NCBI RefSeq assembly: GCF_009914755.1
Contig: NC_060927.1
Length of the DNA: 64,000 nt
Direction: 5' to 3' (one strand)
From: the human T2T-CHM13v2.0 reference genome, Homo sapiens
Each line of letters opens with the position of its first letter. The first letter of the stretch is position 1. Shown piece after piece: positions 1 to 13,870 of this stretch. The notes beneath the pieces are model-generated. The model saw only the letters and a list, made by a program, of their open reading frames with translations, searched no databases and was not told the DNA's origin. Made by a program: the position numbers and the translations under genes.

Positions 1-351
1 AAAAGTCTGGGCAATAGTTAGACATGTCACACACTATATTCTCATTTACAATCAGGATGACTTTTAAAGTGTCTGATTCACAGTTTTCTCTTATGACCTG
101 ATTTCAATATTTCTTTCAGGTATACACTTCTTATAAAATTTTGTTTCTCCCCAACTCACTCACCTCTAGGGAGGATGTCAGGCAAGATATTAGTATCAGT
201 GAACACTCTGACAGTACATTCCAAAGGAATATTCATTTATCACATTTTTACTCAAAAAAATAAGTTTTCCTCCTGTGGAAAGTTGCTTTTAGTCCCGTAA
301 GTCACATATCATATAGAAGCCACTATAGATATACAAGCATCTATGGATATT

Positions 352-1586
352 CAGTTAACACTTGAACAACACAAGTTTGAAATGCACAGGTGCACTTATA
401 CGTGGATTTTCTTTCACCCCTGCCATCCTTGAGATAGCAAGACCAATTCCCCCTCTTCTTCTTCCTCAGCCTTCTCAATGTGAAGATGATGAGGATGAAG
501 ACCTTTATAATGATCCACTTCCACTTGTCAACAACAAGGGTCAAACTGCAAAATATTTGAAGAGATTGATTCTGAGCAAAACATGAGTGACCATGGCCTG
601 TGACACACCCCTCAGGAGATCCTGAGAACATGTTCCCAAAGTGGTTAGGGCACAGCCTGGTTTTATATATTTTGGGGAGACATGAGACATCAATCAAATA
701 CATTTAAGATGTACATTGGTTCGTGACAACTGAAAGTGGGCAGGGGCGGGATTGGGCGGAAGGAGTGTTCCAGGTTATAGGTAAATTTAAAAATTTTCTG
801 GTTGACAATTGGTTGAGTTTATCTAAAGATCTGGGCTCAATAGAAAGGGAATGTTTAGGTTAAGATAAAAGATTGTGTGGACCAAGTTTCTTAAGTCTCA
901 TAGTGGCTGCCCTTAGAGACAATAGATGACAAATGTTTCCTATTCAGACCTTTAAAATGTGCTGGACTATCAGTTAATCTCTTCATGATTGGGAGGGCCT
1001 GGAAGCAATAAGATCTAGCTATGTTTACAGAGATTCTTTACAGATGCAAATTCCCCCTGCCCCCGCAAAGGATGGCTTTGGCTTTGCAGGACCATTTCAA
1101 AATATGGCAAAGAAACATGTTTTGGGGTAAAATATTTTGATTTTCATCTTTATCTGTCATGTAATGTTATGACAGAGTCAGGTTGAAAAGTAAGTCATAA
1201 TATATAGGGTTAAATAAAACCCATCTGATAAGAATTTCTGGTTTGTGGGGCATGACTCCCCAGTCCCCTTAGATAGGAATTTGGGAAAAATAAGAAAAAA
1301 TCAGAGTTAGTCATCACACTTAATGAGTAGTAGTAAATATATTTTCTCTTCCTTATGTTTTTTTTTAATAACATTTTCCTTTCTCTAGCTTTCTTTATTG
1401 TGAGAATACAGTATAAAACACATATAACATACAAAATATGTTTTAACTCTTTGTGTTATCCATAGGGCTTCCAGTCAACAGTAAGCTATTAGTAGTTAAG
1501 TTTTTTGGGGGAGTCAAAAGTTATACACTAATTTTCAGCTGTGCAAGAAGTTGGTGACCCAACTCCCACAATTTCAAGGCTCAAAT
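352..1586 (+). mobile_element. Tigger2a (MER28) TcMar-Tigger non-autonomous DNA transposon, split by an LTR insertion at 526-1316
   Basis: Starts CAGTTAACACTTGAACAACAC..., contains GATGAGGATGAAGACCTTTATAATGATCCACTTCCACT, resumes TAATGAGTAGTAGTAAATATATTTTCTCTT, ends TTCAAGGCTCAAAT; matches the recalled Tigger2a consensus. Confidence 0.88.
526..1316 (-). mobile_element. MER4-group (MER4E/D-like) ERV1 solo LTR
   Basis: TG...CA termini, 4-bp TSD CACT (522-525, 1317-1320); minus strand starts TGATGACTAACTCTGATTTTTT...CCCAAATTCCTATCTAAGGGG as in MER4D/E. Confidence 0.85.
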
Positions 1587-2149
1587 ATACACATAGAAGC
1601 ATCTATAGACGTACAATTAGATATTAGTAAAGAGAGTTTGTTAGAATGTTGTCACTCAATAATAATATGTTGTTATTAGTAGTAAGATGGGTAATAAGTT
1701 ATTTGATATTAACGTTAGCAAAAGTTCTGAAGTTTAAAAATATGAGAAGTGATATAAAGGGGAGAAAGAAGGCTAAAAAGGCATTTAGAAGCCTCACTGA
1801 AATATATAATTGAGAGTATTCACCTGGAAGTGGTATACGGACTGACGTTTATAGACAACCAAATTTTTTGCGTTCATGTGGATATGTCACAACTATTTTT
1901 GCTATAATTTCATATTATGCATCTATGGAACAATGATGTCATCTTTCAATTTCAAGATGGATAATCTGGTATTTTAAGTTATTTTGTAATTTATATCCAT
2001 ATTGAGGATTTAAGGACTGTTTAGTTAAACTGTGTCAATATGTCACATAATACAAAAAGGAGTTAATTGTATAGACATGCATATGTAGGTTAAAGAGTTA
2101 ATAAGCCATCACACTTCTCTTGCTGCCTGGCATAAGCAAGATAGCAGGG

Positions 2150-2682
<533 letters not shown>

Positions 2683-3399
2683 CAATAAATTCAGATATTT
2701 TTAAGTTTCTGATAAAGCTTGGTAATCTTGGAGGGTGTAGGTTAAGAGTAGTATCATCCAATAAGGTATATGGTGATCACTAGTGGGATGAGCAACAAGT
2801 CATTTGTTAATGTTAGCAAAAGTTCTGAAGTACATAAATGTGGAGAATGGTATAATGGAAAGAAAGAAGGCCACGAGCCCTGCCACACACACTTCATGAT
2901 CAGGATTCCATGTTCCATTAAAAAATAAAAGGTATTGTTATTAATTTACAGTGCATATTGTTGAAGTCATGTTGATCCAGTGTTAGCTTTTTTGCTATAA
3001 TTATCGTTCCATAACCACAAACTAATTATTTTGTAATATGTCTAGATATCTTACAAGTGTGTATTTGGCTTTAAGGACAATCATGTGGGAGAACATGTTA
3101 GAAACCACGTAAACTGTCTTTAATGCTGGAAAAATCTCAGTGAACCTCTTCATTGTATGACTTAGACATTTTCTATGTTATTCTGTCATGCTGCTCGAAA
3201 ATACTTTAGAGAAAAATGTTTAATGAGATCAGGCCTTTCCTTAAAATATAAGTCTTCTCTTAAATTTTTAGAACTGGAACAAAACAATAAAAGTGCCCCA
3301 GAATCATCATACCTATGGAACAATAAAACAGTGGAGTTTGTGGGGCAGTGGGGAAGAGAGAGAAAGGAGGTAATAGGCATAGAGGAATAGCTAACAGAT

Positions 3400-3570
3400 A
3401 GAGGGTCCTGATGCTGTTTGACTCACTGTCTCCAATTATTCCTGTGGTTCAGACTTATTCCCCACATTCCTGAATCTCTTAAGAGTACCCCATATGCTTG
3501 CCCCCCGAAATCATTTTCTTGCATAGTCTAATTTGAATCAGATTTCTGTCTTGTGTAACGGACACTTGTG
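3400..3570 (+). mobile_element. Possible old MLT1 (MaLR) LTR 3' fragment
   Basis: GGGTCCTGATG...TAGTCTAATTTGAATCAGATTTCTGTCTTGTGTAAC resembles MLT1 3' ends. Confidence 0.35.
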
Positions 3571-4029
3571 TAGCAGAAGCAAGAAACATGCTTCTTGCAT
3601 GCCCTTCTGTATACACACCTTTCTCCTAAACAATCCATTTTGCTCTATTACTTTAAGTTGTCTAAGAGGAACCATATTTCAAGTCAACTGCTATCTAAAT
3701 GGCTTCATATCATATTCCTTCTGCTCCCTCAAAAATTCTCTTTGCCTATACTACTATTTTAGGACAATACAGTTTGCCCATTCTCCTCAGCCAGAATCAG
3801 AAACTTTCTCAATAGGTCTTTTTCTTTTTTTCTTTTTTTTTTCTGGAGATAAATAATATTTATTACCATCTTTAAAATCAAAACTAATGCAAAAATATCC
3901 ACGATGAATAAAATACCACATTTATAGATAAAGACAAGATTACTAGTGTGCTGTGTGGAGCCATCCTTTTCTTTTTGAGCTCCACTTTATCTCCTCTCTC
4001 TCCTTACCTATACTTATCTTTTTAAAGCT

Positions 4030-4830
4030 ATTATCAGTATTTTCCCAGCTATTAAAATAGCTTTCTAACGGTTCTCCTCACCTAGTCTAAAAGCCCTTCA
4101 ATTTGTCCTTAACTTAGCTAACAAAGTCATTTCTAAGCATGCAGATCTGATTATGTCTCTTCATTGCTTAAAACCTTTATAATGGTCTCCATTTTCACAT
4201 GTTTCTGAATGTGCTATATAAAACATTTTATGATCAGGTCCCTAAATCTCCAGCCTCATCTCCTACTACTTTCCCTAGCAATACTGAACTTTACCCTTCC
4301 ACAATACTAAACTTCCTTTTGTTCTTTAAGTGCATTGTGGCACTTCACTCACCTCTGCTTTTTTTACATGTTATGCCTTTGACCTAGGCAGTTTTTTTTT
4401 ACCACTTACCCCCAATCTATCTATTAAGCACTTTCATCTTTCAAACCCAGTCCAGATTTGCTTAATCCAGGAAGATGGGTATCAAATATTATTGCTCTAT
4501 AATTCTGTTTTATTTTTTTCCTTGTTCTTTAGCATTAATACACTTTCTCCTTGGATTATCTCAGCCACTTCCCATATCTTCAATTATTGATGACTCCCAA
4601 AGTCAAGATATGACCCCACCTTCTGAATTTTACACACATATATTCAATTGCAACTTATATATAAAACAGACAGCTCAAGTTCAATATGGACAAAAATAAA
4701 ATTTTATTCCCCCTTGAATTGCTTCTTATCCAAGATCTCTGCTTCAGAAAATTGCACAACTCCATTACTTAAGGAAAAAAATGAATGGAAATCTTCCTTG
4801 ACCCTTCCTTCACCCTCAAGATGAGTGTTA
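4030..4830 (+). mobile_element. L2 LINE fragments
   Basis: GCAGATCTGATTATGTCTCTTCATTGCTTAAAACCTTTATAATGG and related L2 3' motifs. Confidence 0.65.
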
Positions 4831-5845
4831 TCCAATATGCAGAACCCTGAAGATACTCCAGCCATCATGTTGGCATTGCTAAGGTTTACATCTTTCCCAA
4901 TGCCATGGTCACCAATGCTGCTGCCAACACTGTTGCTGACATTTACATAGAAATTTCTGCCAATGCCATGCCCCAGTAGTACTGCTAACACCATCAGCAC
5001 CAATGCTGCCAATGCCTCACACTCTTCATATCCCACACCAATTACAGAGCAATAGCTCTTCTTAACTGGAGCTTCTTAGTTTGCGTTTCAGTCCTCTTGT
5101 CCAAGGATTTGTGTGTGAGATAATGAGATCTGGGCTATGTAACAATCTCAGAAACACAAACCCTGCTCAGAATCATCCCTTCCTTCTGTGTACAATATGT
5201 GCCAACAATCCTTCAATAAAACCTACCCATCTTGACTTTCTTTTCCCCTAGGATAAATTTTTTATTTTTCTAGGAGGTTTTTTGATTCTCCGTGTAAGCA
5301 CACCGCTGGAAGCTATTCCCCAGTTCTACAAATTATGCCTGAACATGCATGAATCTGACAGTAAACACAACTTAGGCTCATGCAATTACCATTGTCATAT
5401 AGAACAAGTATTTGTTAGTTAGTGAATTGTTGTTGAAAACATAAGTGAATATTCACTTTATACTTATGTTAAGTTTTGCAGGGTTTTTTGTTAGACCTTT
5501 ATTCTTGTTTGATTTCCTTTTTCTAAAATACTAATCATGCTCCTAATGAATTAAGTTTTCTTTTTTTCTGAGCTCTGAAGGATTATTCCTAAAGAGCTAG
5601 GACCATGTATATCACAATTATCATTCAACTATACACAAATTGAAAATATAGGTAAATATTATCCTGTTCATTGTTAGAAATATAGTTTCTTTTTTCATGC
5701 TGTAGCTAACCTGTTAAAAGGTATAAAAGGTAAAAGACAAGATATCCAATCCTCCTGAGGGCAAGCTCTTTGTATGCTCAGTGCTTAGCACATTATCTGG
5801 CATATTTTATTTTAGGTCCTCAATATGTATTTGTGAAGGGAAGAG

Positions 5846-6208
5846 CATCTTAGTCCATTTTCTGCTGCTGTAACAAAATACCACATGCTGGGTAATTTAC
5901 AAAGAAAACCCATTTATGTAGCTCACAGTTCTGGAGGTGGGGAAGTTTAAGAGCATGGCACCAGCATCTGAAAAGGGTCATTTCATGGTGGAAGGGCCAA
6001 AGACAGAAGCAAGAGCACACAAGACAAAGAAAACGGGGGCTGAATTCCCACAATAACTAACCCACTCCCCAAGTAATTACACTAATCTATTCATGAGGGT
6101 AGAACCCTCATGGCCCAGTCACCTCTCAAAGGCCCCACCTCCCAACACTGCCACACTGGCAATTAGGTTTCAACATGAGTTTTGTGGAGGGACATTCAAA
6201 CCATAGCA
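5846..6208 (-). mobile_element. MST/MLT1A-type MaLR solo LTR
   Basis: TCTTAGTCCATTTTCTGCTGCTGTAACAAAATACC...GACATTCAAACCATAGCA. Confidence 0.88.
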
Positions 6209-6271
6209 GAGTGTTATGTTCCTGAAGCTTGACTTCTGACAACCTAGAATCACTTGGATAAGGAAGCAATG

Positions 6272-6597
6272 TGCTATGGTCTGAATGTTCCCCCAAATTC
6301 ATGTGTTAAAACTTAATTGCCAATGTGATAGCATTAAGAAGTAGGGCCTTTATGAGGTGAGTAGTGGGATTGAGTGTTTTCACCGCTTTTTCCTTCTGTC
6401 CCTTCTGCCACGTGAGGACACAGCATTCAGGGCATTATATTGAAGGCCGAGTCCAGGCCATCACCAGATATTGAACCTTCCATTGCCTTGATCTTGACTT
6501 TCTTAGCCTCCAGAACTATAAGAAATAAATTTCTATTATTTATTAATTACGTAGTCTGGGGTCTTTTTTTTTATAACAGCACAAACAGACTAAGACA
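6272..6597 (+). mobile_element. MST/MLT1A-type MaLR solo LTR
   Basis: TGCTATGGTCTGAATGTTCCCCCAAATTCATGTGTT...AGCCTCCAGAACTATAAGAAATAAATTTC...GACTAAGACA. Confidence 0.88.
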
Positions 6598-6959
6598 CCA
6601 GGTCTCCGTCTTTCTAATGGGGTTGGAGCATGTGATGGTTTTCACTTTATTGTGTTTCTTCGATGGGCTTGAGAGAAAATAAGTTGAGAGTCATATGATA
6701 TGATAATGATTACCTACAAAAGAATCTTAAAACCAGGTAAGATCTAGTTAATGTGAGAAAATGCATCATTTGAGTCAGAAATGCCACAAACATTAAAAAA
6801 ATTCCCTTCCTCTCTCTTTTTTTTTCTTTTTAAAAAAAGACATGTAGTTCCAACAATAGATCATCCAGATGTCACAATGAATCACAGATAAAGTAAATTC
6901 ACTGGGCATGAACAGATATAACACTATTTAATTAATGCCATTTATTTGAGGTAATGTGG

Positions 6960-7090
6960 TCCTATCTACACAACGATTACCTGGAGTGCTTGTTAAACAT
7001 GCAGATCCCCTTGGGCTCTGGGGCCCAGGAATCTGGATTTTACCAATACTCCGGGTAATCTGATGCACACATAGTTTAAAAGCTACTGAT
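6960..7090. mobile_element. MER5-type hAT-Charlie MITE fragment
   Basis: ACCTGGAGTGCTTGTTAAACATGCAGAT...GGGCCCAGGAATCTGGATTTTA...TCTGATGCACAC...AGTTTAAAAGCTACTG. Confidence 0.75.
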
Positions 7091-10000
7091 TGAAGGAATT
7101 TATAAGAACAACATAGACCGTATGCTGGTGAAACTGGCACATATCTAATTAATTTATATTGAAAAAAGTATCATATATTTAAATTAACATTAAATAAAAT
7201 TAAAAGCATAAGTGAGAGTTAGGAAGAATTTTGCTTGATGATAGTGTTGCCTTAGTACCTGCTTCTGCTCAATGTCAAGATTTTACTTTATGTACTAGCT
7301 AAAACTTTTTATGACTTTAATCGCTTTCTAGGGATAATACCAGTCAAAACGTTAAAGTCAACTCTTGGTCAAAATTGTGTGATGCAACCCAGATGAGATA
7401 AGATTGATATTTATGTTTTAGGTACATAATAGATGCAAGAAGGTTGAAAGGCTAGTTTTTAAATAACTACCACCTTCTGTTATTTAGAAAACTTGTTGAT
7501 ATAAAATGTAAAATTGTGGTTTTCCTTTTCTATGAAAGAAAACCAAGTATTTATATGATTGTAACCAATCTTCATTCTACACTGTATTTCTTTTCAGTCA
7601 GATACCCTTTGCCCTAGCTTCTCTTTTTGTACTCTGAGAAACTTCAACATTTTAAAAATCTCTTTCCCTGTTGGAATAGAGAACACATACCTGAATCACA
7701 CTTAGAAAGTCTATGAATTGCATGCCCAAAAATGGAACTAGCCCAGCTAAGCAACTCTTTCCATTCCTTGTTGGATATTAGTGTAGGTTCTAATGAGCTG
7801 AGTCTCCTGGGGAGCATTTTAATGGTTTTTTCACCTCCCCTGATGACCATATTTATGCTGAGTTTTGATACAGTATACAGGACTTGTGCAGTAATTAGCA
7901 TTCAAATGGACCAGTGATTTCCCTTTTAGTAAGTGGGTTGTACATTTTCAAGCTTGGAAATGGAATCTGATGAGTTAGAGCTTGTAATAATCAAGATATA
8001 TTAACCATTCAAATCCTAAATTAAACATCCAAGAGAGAAAGTGCAAAAAGGAAGCATCATCCATGTCAGGGACTGCTTAAAAAACCAAAAGGGAATAAAA
8101 TAACGAAGAGGGCAAACTATCAGGGCTAATGTTTATTAGCAAAAGTGAGTAGTTATATATGTATATATAAAAATACAATTCCAAAGTGATATTAAATGAT
8201 GAAATATGTCACTTTTAAGGTTTAAAATATTCATATCCTTAACCACTGGTTGAAATATTTTCAATATAGTCATTGATAAAATTTAGGCAAGAAAGTAATG
8301 AAATAAAAATTCAGTATACCTGGCTAATAGATATTTTAGGGCATTTGAGGGAATTACCTACAACATTAATAAAGAGCTGGCACATATTCCATATAAACCT
8401 TGAGTATCAAAATAATTTTGCAGTTTTCTCAAAGCCCATTATAGTATCTGAAAACATTTAACTTTTAATATGATAATATTTTTAGACATAGATCCCCTGT
8501 CAAATCTAGTGAAATTCTTGTGCTTTTTCCTTAGAAAAATGTACATCTATTCATACAGCAACTTATTAACACTCTCTTTGTGTCATTATATTAAAGAGGT
8601 GGAGCAAATAAAAGTAAAACGACTTTACACTTCAAGTCTTTAGTAAATAATAGTCATATAATTTATATACATATTATTGATTTAATTTTGATTTTCTTTT
8701 ATTCCTAAGACTATACCTATAATGAATGGTTAAAAAAATAAAACAATAGCAACAAAGATATTGAATAAAAACATATATAAAGATAATTTTACTAAATAAA
8801 TCTCTCTCAAACACAAAATAATTAAAGGATTATTGTTTGGTAAACAGTCACCTATCAGGTTTGCAAAACATCGAAATAGTCACTATTATTCACATCTACA
8901 GATGAAAGGGAAAGCAGAAGAAATCAAACTACTGTAAACTACCCATATTTTATTTAAAAAATACTTTTGCTACATTTATGCCCTCCACAAAAAGCATGAA
9001 TATATTTTTAGCACAATTAACCAAATACCCTTGAGCCTACTTTCCTGTTCATGGCTTTAGGTTGGTTAACATGAAATTTAATTTGTGCTAATCTTCTCAA
9101 GGTCAGTAAAGTGTGAAATACACTGTACACTGGATTTACCCAACTTACAGTAGCAATGCAATTATAAAATTCTAGAAAATAATGTCTTAGAATTTTCTAA
9201 TAAAAAAAAGAAGCATTGAGGACCTATTACCAGGGTTGAAACTATGCTAAAATTATAAAGGAGAGGGAGTGTTCCAGGTAGGCCAAAAGAGACTGCAAAT
9301 GAGCTTTTCAAATGAATTTAGGAATTATGGAAGGACTCTACTTAAAGCTATGGTTACAAATTATTTATTTATAAGCTGAAACTTAAGAGGGATGGAGAAG
9401 TCACCTGAATGTTACTCTTAACAAAATGTACCTTCTAATCTAAGAAACTATATCCTCTAATAACATCTAATAATGCAATTGTCTGGGATCAATTCGTCTA
9501 ATAGTGAAAATTTGAAATTTCTCTTGTATAGGAACTAACTGTCCTGGCTCTATATAAGCTAGAAAAATACGCATCTTATATTTAGGGGACTCTATGAAAT
9601 CATTTAGGTGGCCAATCCAGTTACATACCTAATTCATCTAAAAAGCATTAGTCAGTGGCACATATAAATAACTTTTAAATGTACAGTAGGTGGTAAAGAA
9701 AATGGATGTGGTGTACAATTTGTATTCTAAATGCACAAAGCTATTACATTAGAAGAAAATCCTACAAAACACTTAATGGATTAAACTTGAAAAGGAGTAA
9801 TGATGTGAAAAAATATACAGGAGAAGAAGCAAATTGCATGCAATAAGGCAGAAAATAAAATTCAGTGATATTTAGATTTGTACACAGTTATCTCAAAGAA
9901 GTTCCCATTTTCTGGGAACTCATAACAGAGCTATAAAAATGCAATAAGGGTTGAATAACTTGATCCTACAAAATTAAAATACATGTGTGTGCATATGCAT

Positions 10001-11049
10001 GTATATCTACACCATTTAGATGAATAGTATTGAAAGCCATATTTTAACCATATACCAGCATTTAAAGGAAACACAGAGCAAATAAAGTAGAAATTTATTC
10101 AAAATAATTCACAGCAACTCCATTACAGTATTTCATGATGAGCTCAGATGGTCAGATAAAATATATTAAATTCATTGAAATCTAATATATCTGTTATTGT
10201 TTCTATCTGAAGATAATTATATAATACCACTTTTAACATTATTAACACTTTTAGCTATCCATTAAGAAAACTAGTTAATCTGGAAATAAAAAGATAAATG
10301 GAAAAATATTTAGAGTCATATTTAAAATGGCTTTACTTATAAGGGAATAATAGGAAAAAAGAGGAATGTGTTTTAAAAATAAACTTTATTTCCCGATTTC
10401 AAAAAAACTTCAGATTTTAGATTTATTTTGTGATAGATGCAAAAAATTCTTTTAACCTGCTTAGCCTAAACTGTCCAGAGAAGACGTTGAAAAATACACC
10501 ACTAGAACTTTAAACTAGACTAGAAAGCACAACCACTAATATACCTGGAAGAACTTTCTATATTAATCAGCTTATTGAGATGATGGGAATAATTATCTTT
10601 ATTGTTCAGAATTAGAAAAATAATGTAGCATCTCAAATAATGTACTATCTCGAGATATTCAACACTTAGCTATGGCTATACTTTTCTTATCATCATAATT
10701 ATTCATATGTGTTACAAAACGGTTGAAACCTTAATTATATGTAACTTCACAATAATCATGTAATTCTGTAGCTTAATGAGTGATTTGAATATTCAAATAA
10801 TAACAACATAGGATTTTAGTGATGACTGCAAGACAACATAATATACGTGCATTACATGTTCTTAGGCATGTCTCCAAGTTAGAAAGAAAATGGCTGTAAC
10901 TTTTCTATACGCATTTACATTATTTTCATCCTTCAAAGATCAGTGTTGGGTTTCACCTCCTCTATGAGACATTGTCAATATTTTCAGCCAACACTGGTTA
11001 TTTTCATTTCTGATAATCTAGATGGCCTGCTTAAATAATACTGGCAAAC

Positions 11050-11444
11050 CAGAGGCTTTAAAAAAACAGACAAAATTGATGGCATAAATATTTTTTGAAA
11101 AACATCATAAAGTCAATAGACAAAAAAAATTAGAGGGAAGATTTATAATTCAATGACATAAGATTAATACATATAAAATATAAGGAGCTTGGCAGTACAC
11201 TGAAGACCAAATGCAAATATCAACAAATAAGAAAAGACTCTCAAGCTCATTAAAATTTAAGAAAACATAAATACATATATACACACACACTTACATATAC
11301 ATATTATATATGTGTATATATACGCACACTATATGGATATATATAGTGTTTAATGCAGTGTTATTGATAAGTACAAAAGCAAAAAAAGAAAAAGGCGAAT
11401 GATCGTCAATAGAAAAATGGAGGAGAAAATTTTTGTACATCAAT
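11050..11444 (+). mobile_element. Old L1M fragment (host of THE1A; resumes briefly after 13730), with a (TA/CA)n low-complexity patch
   Basis: A-rich, L1 ORF2/3'-like text; ...TTTGTACATCAAT|GTTTTGGAATTTTATACAG is continuous across the THE1A insertion. Confidence 0.55.
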
Positions 11445-13725
11445 TATATTAGTTTGTTTTCACGCTGCTGATAGACATACACAAGACTAAGCAATTTACA
11501 AAAGAATGAGGTTAAATGGAGAACTCACAGTTCCATGTGCGTGGGGAAGCTTCACAATCATGGCGGAAAGCAAGGAGAAGCAAGTCACATCTTATGTAGA
11601 TGGCAGCAGGCCAAAGGAAAACTTGTGCAGGGAAACTCCACCTTATAAAGCAGATCTGGTGAGATTTATTCACTAGCACAAGAACAGCACAGAAAAAACC
11701 TACCCCCATGATTCAATTACCTCCCACCGGTCACTCTCATAACACATGGGAAGTCAAGATGAGATCTGGGTGGAGACACAGCTGAATCATATAATTCCAC
11801 CCCTGGCCCCGACAAATCCCACGTCCTCATATTTCAAAATCAATCATGCCATCCACAGTCCCCCAAAGTCTTTTCTCATTTCAGCATTAACTCGAAAGTC
11901 CACAATCCAAAGTCTCATCTGAGACAAGGCAAGTCCCTTCTACCTATGAGCCTGTAAAATCAAAAGCAAGCTAGTTATTTCCTAGATGCAATGGGAGTAC
12001 AGACATTGGATAAATACAACCATTCCAAATGGGAGAAATTGGCCAAAACAAAGGGACTACAGGCCCCATGCAAGTCTGAAATCCAGCGGAGCAGTCAAAT
12101 CTTAAAACTCCAAAGTGATCTGCTTTGACTCCTTGTCTCACATCCAAGTCACAGTGATGCAAGTGATGTGTTCCCATGGTATTGGGCAGCTCCACCCTTC
12201 TGGGTTTGCAGGGTACAGCCTACCTCTCAGCTGCTTTCATGGGCTGGTGTTGAGTGTCTGCAGCTTCTCCAGGTGCATGGTGCAAGCTGCCAGTGGATCT
12301 ACAATTCTTGGGTCTGGAGGACAGTGGCCTCTTCTCACAGCTCCACTGGGCACTGCGCCAGTAGGGACTCTGTGTGGGGGCTCCGACCCCACATTTCCCT
12401 TCTGCACTGCCCTAGCAGAGGTTCTCCATGAGAGCTCTGTCCCTGCAGCAAACTTCTGCCTGGACATTTAGGTGTTTCCATACATCTTCTGAAATCTAGG
12501 CAGATATTCTCAAACCTCAATTCTTGACTTCTGTGCACCCGCAAGCTCAACACCACATGGAGACTGCCAAGGTTTGGGGCTTGCACCATCTGAAGCCACG
12601 GCCTGAGCTCAATGTTGGCCATTTTTGGCCATGGCTGGAGTGGCTAAGATGCAGAACACCAAGTCCCTAGGCTGCACACAGCATGGGACCCTGGGCCTGG
12701 CCCACAAAACCAGTTTTTCCTCATAGGCCTCCACGCTTGTGATGGGAGGGGCTTCCATGAAGACCTTTGACATGCCCTGGAGATTTTTCCCCATTGTTCT
12801 AAGAATTAATATTTGGCTTCTCATTACTTATGCAAATTTCTGCAGCTGGCTTGAATTTTTCCTCAGAAAATGGGTTTTTCTTTTCTATCACTTTGTCAGG
12901 CTGCAAGTTTGTCAAACTTTTATGCTCTATTTCTCTTTTAAAATTGAATGCTTTTAGCAGCATCCAAGTCACGTCTTGAATGCTTTGCTGCTTAAAAATG
13001 TGTTCTGCCAGATACCCTAAATCATCTCTCTCACATTTAAATTTCCACAAATCTCTAGGGCAGGGGCAAAATGCTGCCAGTCTCTTTGTCAAAACATACC
13101 AAGTGTCAATTTTGCTGTAGTTCCCAACAAGTTCCTCATCTCCATCTGATACCACCTCAGCCTGGACCTTATTGTCCATATCACTATCAGCATTTTGGGC
13201 AAAGCCATTCAACAAGTCTCCAGGAAGTTCCAAACTTTCCCACATTTTCCTGTCTTCTTCTGAGCCCTCTAAACTCTTCCAACATCTGCCTGTTACCCAG
13301 TTCCAAAATCGCTTCCACATTTTCAGGTATCTTTTCACCAAAGCCCCACTCTACTGGTACCAATTTACTGTGTTAGTCCATTTTCACCCTGCTGATAAAG
13401 ACATATCCAAGACTGGAAAATTTACAAAAGAATGAGGTTTAATGGAGAATTCACAGTTCTACATGGCTGGGAAAGCCTCACAATCATGGCAGAAGGCAAG
13501 GAGGAGCAAGTTACATCTTATGTAGATGGTGGCAAGCAAAAAGAGTGCTTATGCAGGGAAACTTCACCTTATAAATCCACCAGATCTCATGAGACTTATT
13601 CACTATCACCAGAACAGCACAGGAAAGATCTGCCCCCATGATTGAATTACCTCCCACTGGATTCCTCCCACAACATATAGGAATTCAAGATGAGATTTGG
13701 GTGGTGATACAGCCAAACCATGTCA
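11445..13725 (-). mobile_element. Full-length THE1A MaLR provirus (3' LTR 11445-11794, internal 11795-13368, 5' LTR 13369-13725)
   Basis: Two ~350-bp LTRs with THE1A-type GCAAGGAGGAGCAAGT(C/T)ACATCTTATGTAGATGG, THE1-int body, perfect 5-bp TSD TCAAT (11440-11444, 13726-13730). Confidence 0.95.
12799..13341 (-). pseudogene. Open 180-codon remnant of the MaLR (THE1-int) internal ORF
   Basis: Peptide LEGSEEDRKMWESLELP..LLNGFAQNADSDMDNKVQAEVVSDGDEELVGN is the typical THE1-int translation. Confidence 0.75.
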
Positions 13726-13870
13726 TCAATGTTTTGGAATTTTATACAGAAAGAAAAAAAGTCAAGTGTCTCCTCACTCCCATAGTGCAATTAAATCATT
13801 CCATGTTCTTTAGGTTTCCTCACTTTCTAAAGGTAACAATTGTTAACCTGACCAAGAAAGCCGTGCTACT

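Noticed and set aside
362-586. Acidic ORF 'CEDDEDEDLYNDPLPL'
   Set aside because: Internal Tigger2a sequence running into an LTR
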